Under the pieces are notes generated by a model, which did not search any database, was not told where the DNA came from, and saw nothing but the letters and a program-made list of their open reading frames with translations. A program made the position numbers and the translations under genes. Shown here piece after piece: positions 59,901-64,000 of a DNA stretch of 64,000 nucleotides. This DNA comes from Girardia tigrina. Lineage: Eukaryota. The stretch is taken from assembly GCA_001938485.1 (NCBI GenBank), contig MQRK01218605.1, forward strand, positions 8,834 to 72,833, read 5' to 3'. How positions within the stretch are numbered: position 1 is the stretch's first letter; each line of letters opens with the position of its first letter.

Positions 59901-62499
59901 TTTGTCTATTTCTAAAATATTGGGTTTTGTTGGAATAGAAAAATCAAATTCACCATTCGATGTAACGATGTCCTTCGGATTTGAATGAAACGTTGGTGCA
60001 ATTTGTGGATTTATCAAATTAATACCAGAAGTTCCTGTTGAGTTTATGCTTAACATATTCGGCGTTGATAAGATTGAAGTTGCAGGTAAAAAACTATCAG
60101 ACTTCATGGATGTTCCGATTAATTGAGGATGAAGAAGTGCATTTGTCATTATTGGAGCAGTCAAAACTCCATTTATATTATTGAAAATTCTGCTGACAAA
60201 ATCATTGAATGACAAATTACTTTGTGATCCCATTACGGAAAGTAATTCGTTTTTCATTCCTTGTATAAAACCAGGAATTGGATGAGAATTCTAGATTAAA
60301 AAGATTCAAATTATTTAAATTTCAAATTTTATTCAATATTCATGCAATTTATATCATTAAACTTAACTTTATTCTAATACATCCAACAATATCATCACAA
60401 AAAACACTATAAAAAGGTTATGGAGCATACAAAGACAACGCTTATGTATTTTAACTTTATTATATTTACTTACTTTTCAAAATTTTGATATCCAAGTCAC
60501 TAAAGATGAATTTCACTAAATATACAAAATATTCAATACTTCTGAAATTTACGAGTATAATAAATAGAATAAATTTAAAATGGATTAATTCATTTCTGGA
60601 TTTTTAGTCATTTAATTTTAATTTAATTTTTTTTAGCCTGTTAAATATTTTTAGGTGATGATACACGCAAACATAATCAACTGTCACCTGGAAAAATAAG
60701 GATAATCTCTTTTATCATTTTGGGGTAAAAAGTCTAAAATTATAAAACACAATATACTGTGAAATCCGATATTATTAATTCGTGTTTCATTACTATTACA
60801 ATCAATTGCGAAAGAAACTTGGTAAAAGACAGTCATAGTTAATTATCGATTATTTTTCTTGAACAATTTCGTTACAAAAGTCATTATGTTTATCTAATAT
60901 TTATAGATGACGCAATGCTAAAGATCGGATTTTGTTTCAATAATTAGAGCAAGACACCGACTGTTTTACAGAAGACTATCTTATCGTTCAGGTTGTGTTC
61001 GTGTGTCGCTTTCAAATAGACTGTGTAAAGCAAATCAGTAGAAATACACGTGAAAATGTTGAAATCGCCATCTACCATTAATCAATAATGTTTGTCAAAT
61101 TATAAAATTAAAATTAGTACAATTAAATTTTGCATTATTATTTTGCTTTATTCAAATATTATAAATCAGTTAATTATTTATCTTTACCGAAATATCTGGT
61201 AAACTGGAAATACCAGGTGTAGTTTTAAGAATAGATTCGTTGATGGAAGTTGTTGATTGAAAATATTGATTGTTATTGATTTTCGAAAAACTGCTTAAAG
61301 GGTTGAAGGTTGTTGGAAAATTAATAACTTCAGTCGGATTACTACTAATTGATAAATTCAAACCGATTTCTGGTTGTGATATCGACGGTTCATTGTTTTT
61401 TTTTTCATCAGGTGTCGAATATAAATTCGTACTTAAATTTGTTATTTTACACGTTAATTGATGTTCTTTCAGTTGATACTGTTTTGTTGTGATAAAATTA
61501 CATAACTCACATTTAAATGATTCGTTTATTTCATCGGTTTTCGTTTTATCAATTACCATTGAAATTATATCATTTACATGATCTCTTGTTTGATTGTTTT
61601 GAACTTGAGTGGGTAAAAGATCGGAAATGGTGTCTTCTTCATTAATTTCTTTTATATCAGTCCCAGCATTGTTTTTATACTGTGACATGATAGATGCAAG
61701 TTCTTCCTCAGAATTAAAATGACCTCTATGATGTGATTCAATGTGTCTCTTAAGGTCACCTTTCCAAGCACTTCTGTACTTACAAAATACGCACCCGAAT
61801 GGTTTTACGCCCATATGTAGTCTACGATGACGCTTAAGTTCACTTTGATATTTCGCCACATACATGCAATAAGAACATTTGTAGCTTCCTGCTCGTGTTT
61901 TTGCCCCATCTCTACTCGCTTTCTGGAATCCATGAACTTCACTTAAATGTGCGGCCAGATCACCATGCCAAGGAAATGTCACAGGACAAATATTGCATCG
62001 ATATCGGCGCCGTGAATCGGAAATTTGTCTCACTTGTTTATTTGACGATGAACTCATAGGTGATCCTCCATCTCTTGATTGGCTATCTGTAACGCTATTC
62101 GTGTATAATTCTGATTTCATTTCCATAATTCCATATTCCTCGTTATTTTCAAGTTTTACAGCCGTAATTGGGGTTCGCGTTTGTTTGTTAGTTTCATCAA
62201 ATTGAATAAAATTATTATTTTCTCCATGTTCTTGTTCCATATGACAATCAAGTAATTGAATACTCGATGTAAAATAATTGCATTGAGGACAAATGCTCAA
62301 AACTGAATCGTCTATTGCAGACATATTTTCTAATAAAAAACTTAAAGTTTATAATATTAAGAACTTTAACATACCTCTTTCGTCGAAAATAACTGACTTC
62401 GAAGTATTGATAAATTGATTTGTTTTACACTATAACAAAAAAGTTATTGATTGTCGAAAATTAAATTAAATTTACAGATGAATTACTTTCACTTTTCAT
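53736..62499 (-). CDS. Large multi-C2H2 zinc-finger protein (~1296 aa, ~18 fingers), putative transcription factor
   Basis: Exons 62499-62476, 62429-62375, 62329-61188, 60290-59727, 57474-57299, 57252-55555 and 53967-53736 join in frame with GT-AG introns (3891 nt ending in TAA). Fingers split by introns are completed correctly, e.g. ...NKHIK|VAH, CSSCGHR|SNWKWD and LKNHE|LLH. The two small 5' exons and the start codon are less certain. Confidence 0.9.
54456..54687. mobile_element. 232-bp piggyBac-like MITE
   Basis: TTAA TSDs; ~42-bp TIR CCCTTT(A/C)TCTCG(T/C)AGTGTTGTTTTACAACAACATTAAGTTTA. Confidence 0.88.
54829..54874 (+). ncRNA. Minimal type I hammerhead ribozyme motif in a Penelope-like pLTR remnant
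   Basis: AATGGAC-CTGATGA-T-GTTCT-GAAA-AGAAC-GAAAC-AT-GTC|GTGAATT: intact core, perfect 5-bp stem II, palindromic ACATGT stem III, stem I with 2 mismatches; AATAAA downstream. Confidence 0.72.
55555..57252 (-). CDS. Zinc-finger gene large exon (~10 fingers)
   Basis: 1698-nt open frame with repeated C-x2-C-x12-H-x3/4-H; GTAAG donor at 55554. Confidence 0.93.
57299..57474 (-). CDS. Zinc-finger gene exon (VAHPERD...RPYKCSSCGHR)
   Basis: 176 nt, absent from the ORF track; completes one finger and starts the next; 46-bp intron follows. Confidence 0.9.
58115..58433. mobile_element. 319-bp piggyBac-like MITE
   Basis: TTAA TSDs; TIR CACTTGGACTG / CAGTCCAAGTG. Confidence 0.85.
59727..60290 (-). CDS. 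Zinc-finger gene exon (NSHPIPG...CSACGHRSNWKWDINKHIK)
   Basis: 564 nt, phase 0/0, AG/GT bounded. Confidence 0.9.
61188..62329 (-). CDS. Zinc-finger gene large exon (5 fingers, including tandem CSYC...H-MGVKPFG-CVFC...H)
   Basis: Long ORF in the track; acceptor at 62330-62331; donor GTAAAG at 61187. Confidence 0.92.
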
Positions 62500-64000
62500 A
62501 GAAATTGCAATGTTGGAAAATCTGAAATTAATTTTTCTTGTTGAGATATTTATTTAACTTTGATTTATCCAAAAAAAATTATAAACATGAGAATCTTTCA
62601 CCTTGAAAGTTAATGGATTGTGTAAAAATTCGATGTCTATTGAATTTTTATATTTGCATGTATGTAATCTTAACTAATATAATTGGCTAATGGTAGTTAG
62701 CTGTGTGCGTTCATTTCTTTTATCAGCGCACGCTTCTCACACTGGTTGGTAGCTTATGTCAAGAGGGCCGAATATGAGAGATAATAGTTCTATAAATTCA
62801 GGAAGAGACGCGTTTGTATTTTTACATATTATATTAGCGTTATTAGTATACTGATAATATATGATTATCTCTGCTACAACACTGATTTTTTATCAATTTC
62901 ACTTCACTTACGTATCATTTTTTTTAAAGAGCGAAGTTCAATTTGCTTTTTTAAACAGTTGTAATATTATTTTAGTACGTTTTATCAATTTTGGTTTCCA
63001 AGCTATGTTAAAATGAAAGTAATAATTGATAGCATATTTCAAATAATTATGTAAAACGAAAGTAATTATTCCACATTATCAAATGAAAAAATTACTATTT
63101 TATGAGATTTTAATTTTAATAATATTTTATTTAATAGTTGTATTGAAAAATTATTTGTTATTGAATTTTTAAATTTTAGTTTTAAAATCTTCCAAAAAAA
63201 TCAGTTTAAAATTTTAGTATACTGTTGAAATAAAACGTACATGTTCGCACATCATACTAGTTGATATTGTTGCTACTTAATGATAACAATGTACAAGTGT
63301 TTTTTTAATAAATTCTATTATCAGAAAATTGGCTCTTATTACAAATTGTTTAACATCCACCTTTATCTATCATAAACTGCATTGTTTTATTGTTCATTCG
63401 AATCTGGCCAAACTTTACACACCTACTTTTAACACGCGTACAAAATTTAAATCAAATATGTATGTATATTGTGACTAAGAATTAACATGTTGAACAAGTG
63501 GCTCGATGCTTATGTATTATGTATAGAGAAACAATGATATTTAAATTATATCATGAATAATATAGGAAGGAAACCGAATTACCGTACACATCAAAACCAG
63601 TAATGATTTGGCTAAATAAATTTCTTATATATTCTATGTACATCGATCTAGGTAATGTCATATACCATTAACATCATGTTCCATAGAACAGAGGTTAACT
63701 TATCAACACAAGCTAATCGTTCAACACACAACCCACTTATTTCTGATCTTGTTATTGATTTTATTTTAAGAGGCTGTTATTGTGTGAATTGTATAGAATA
63801 AGTATAAAAAACATTCTACAGTATTACATCTGATACATAATGTTGAACTTTGATATTTGTTTCAAATGTAAAATATTGATATTTCTATTCTATTCAAGTT
63901 TTAAATTTTTAAATCCAAGAAATTTAACCTCAATCTTTACTTTTTGTGTGAATTATTTATATTTAGTATTAATATTAATTAACTAATTTGCCATAAAATT

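Overview
Eukaryotic, very AT-rich, gapped genomic DNA. It is most likely from a triclad flatworm (planarian); this is inferred from the 40-49 bp introns, the AT content and the mariner/Gypsy repertoire, and is not proven. Two spliced host genes lie on the minus strand. (1) A phosphatidylserine synthase 2 (PTDSS2) orthologue has nine coding exons reconstructed in frame from 35718 down to 5076; its last exon(s) lie outside the window or in a gap. (2) A complete ~1296-aa protein with about 18 C2H2 zinc fingers spans 62499 to 53736. Nearly everything else is a nested patchwork of decayed transposons: Tc1/mariner, pogo, hAT, MULE, Merlin, piggyBac-like MITEs, a Helitron-like element, Gypsy, an RLE-type LINE and Penelope-like remnants. 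The most notable observations are: six dispersed copies of an unannotated repeat that all begin at the same TGTGAGGAA terminus (candidate very long LTR of a giant Gypsy element); a full-length Mos1-like mariner with Mos1-type asymmetric ITRs nested in a pogo element (horizontal-transfer candidate); two minimal hammerhead-ribozyme motifs antisense in introns; and an intronless RING-IBR pseudogene inside a PTDSS2 intron. No rRNA, tRNA or CRISPR features were seen.
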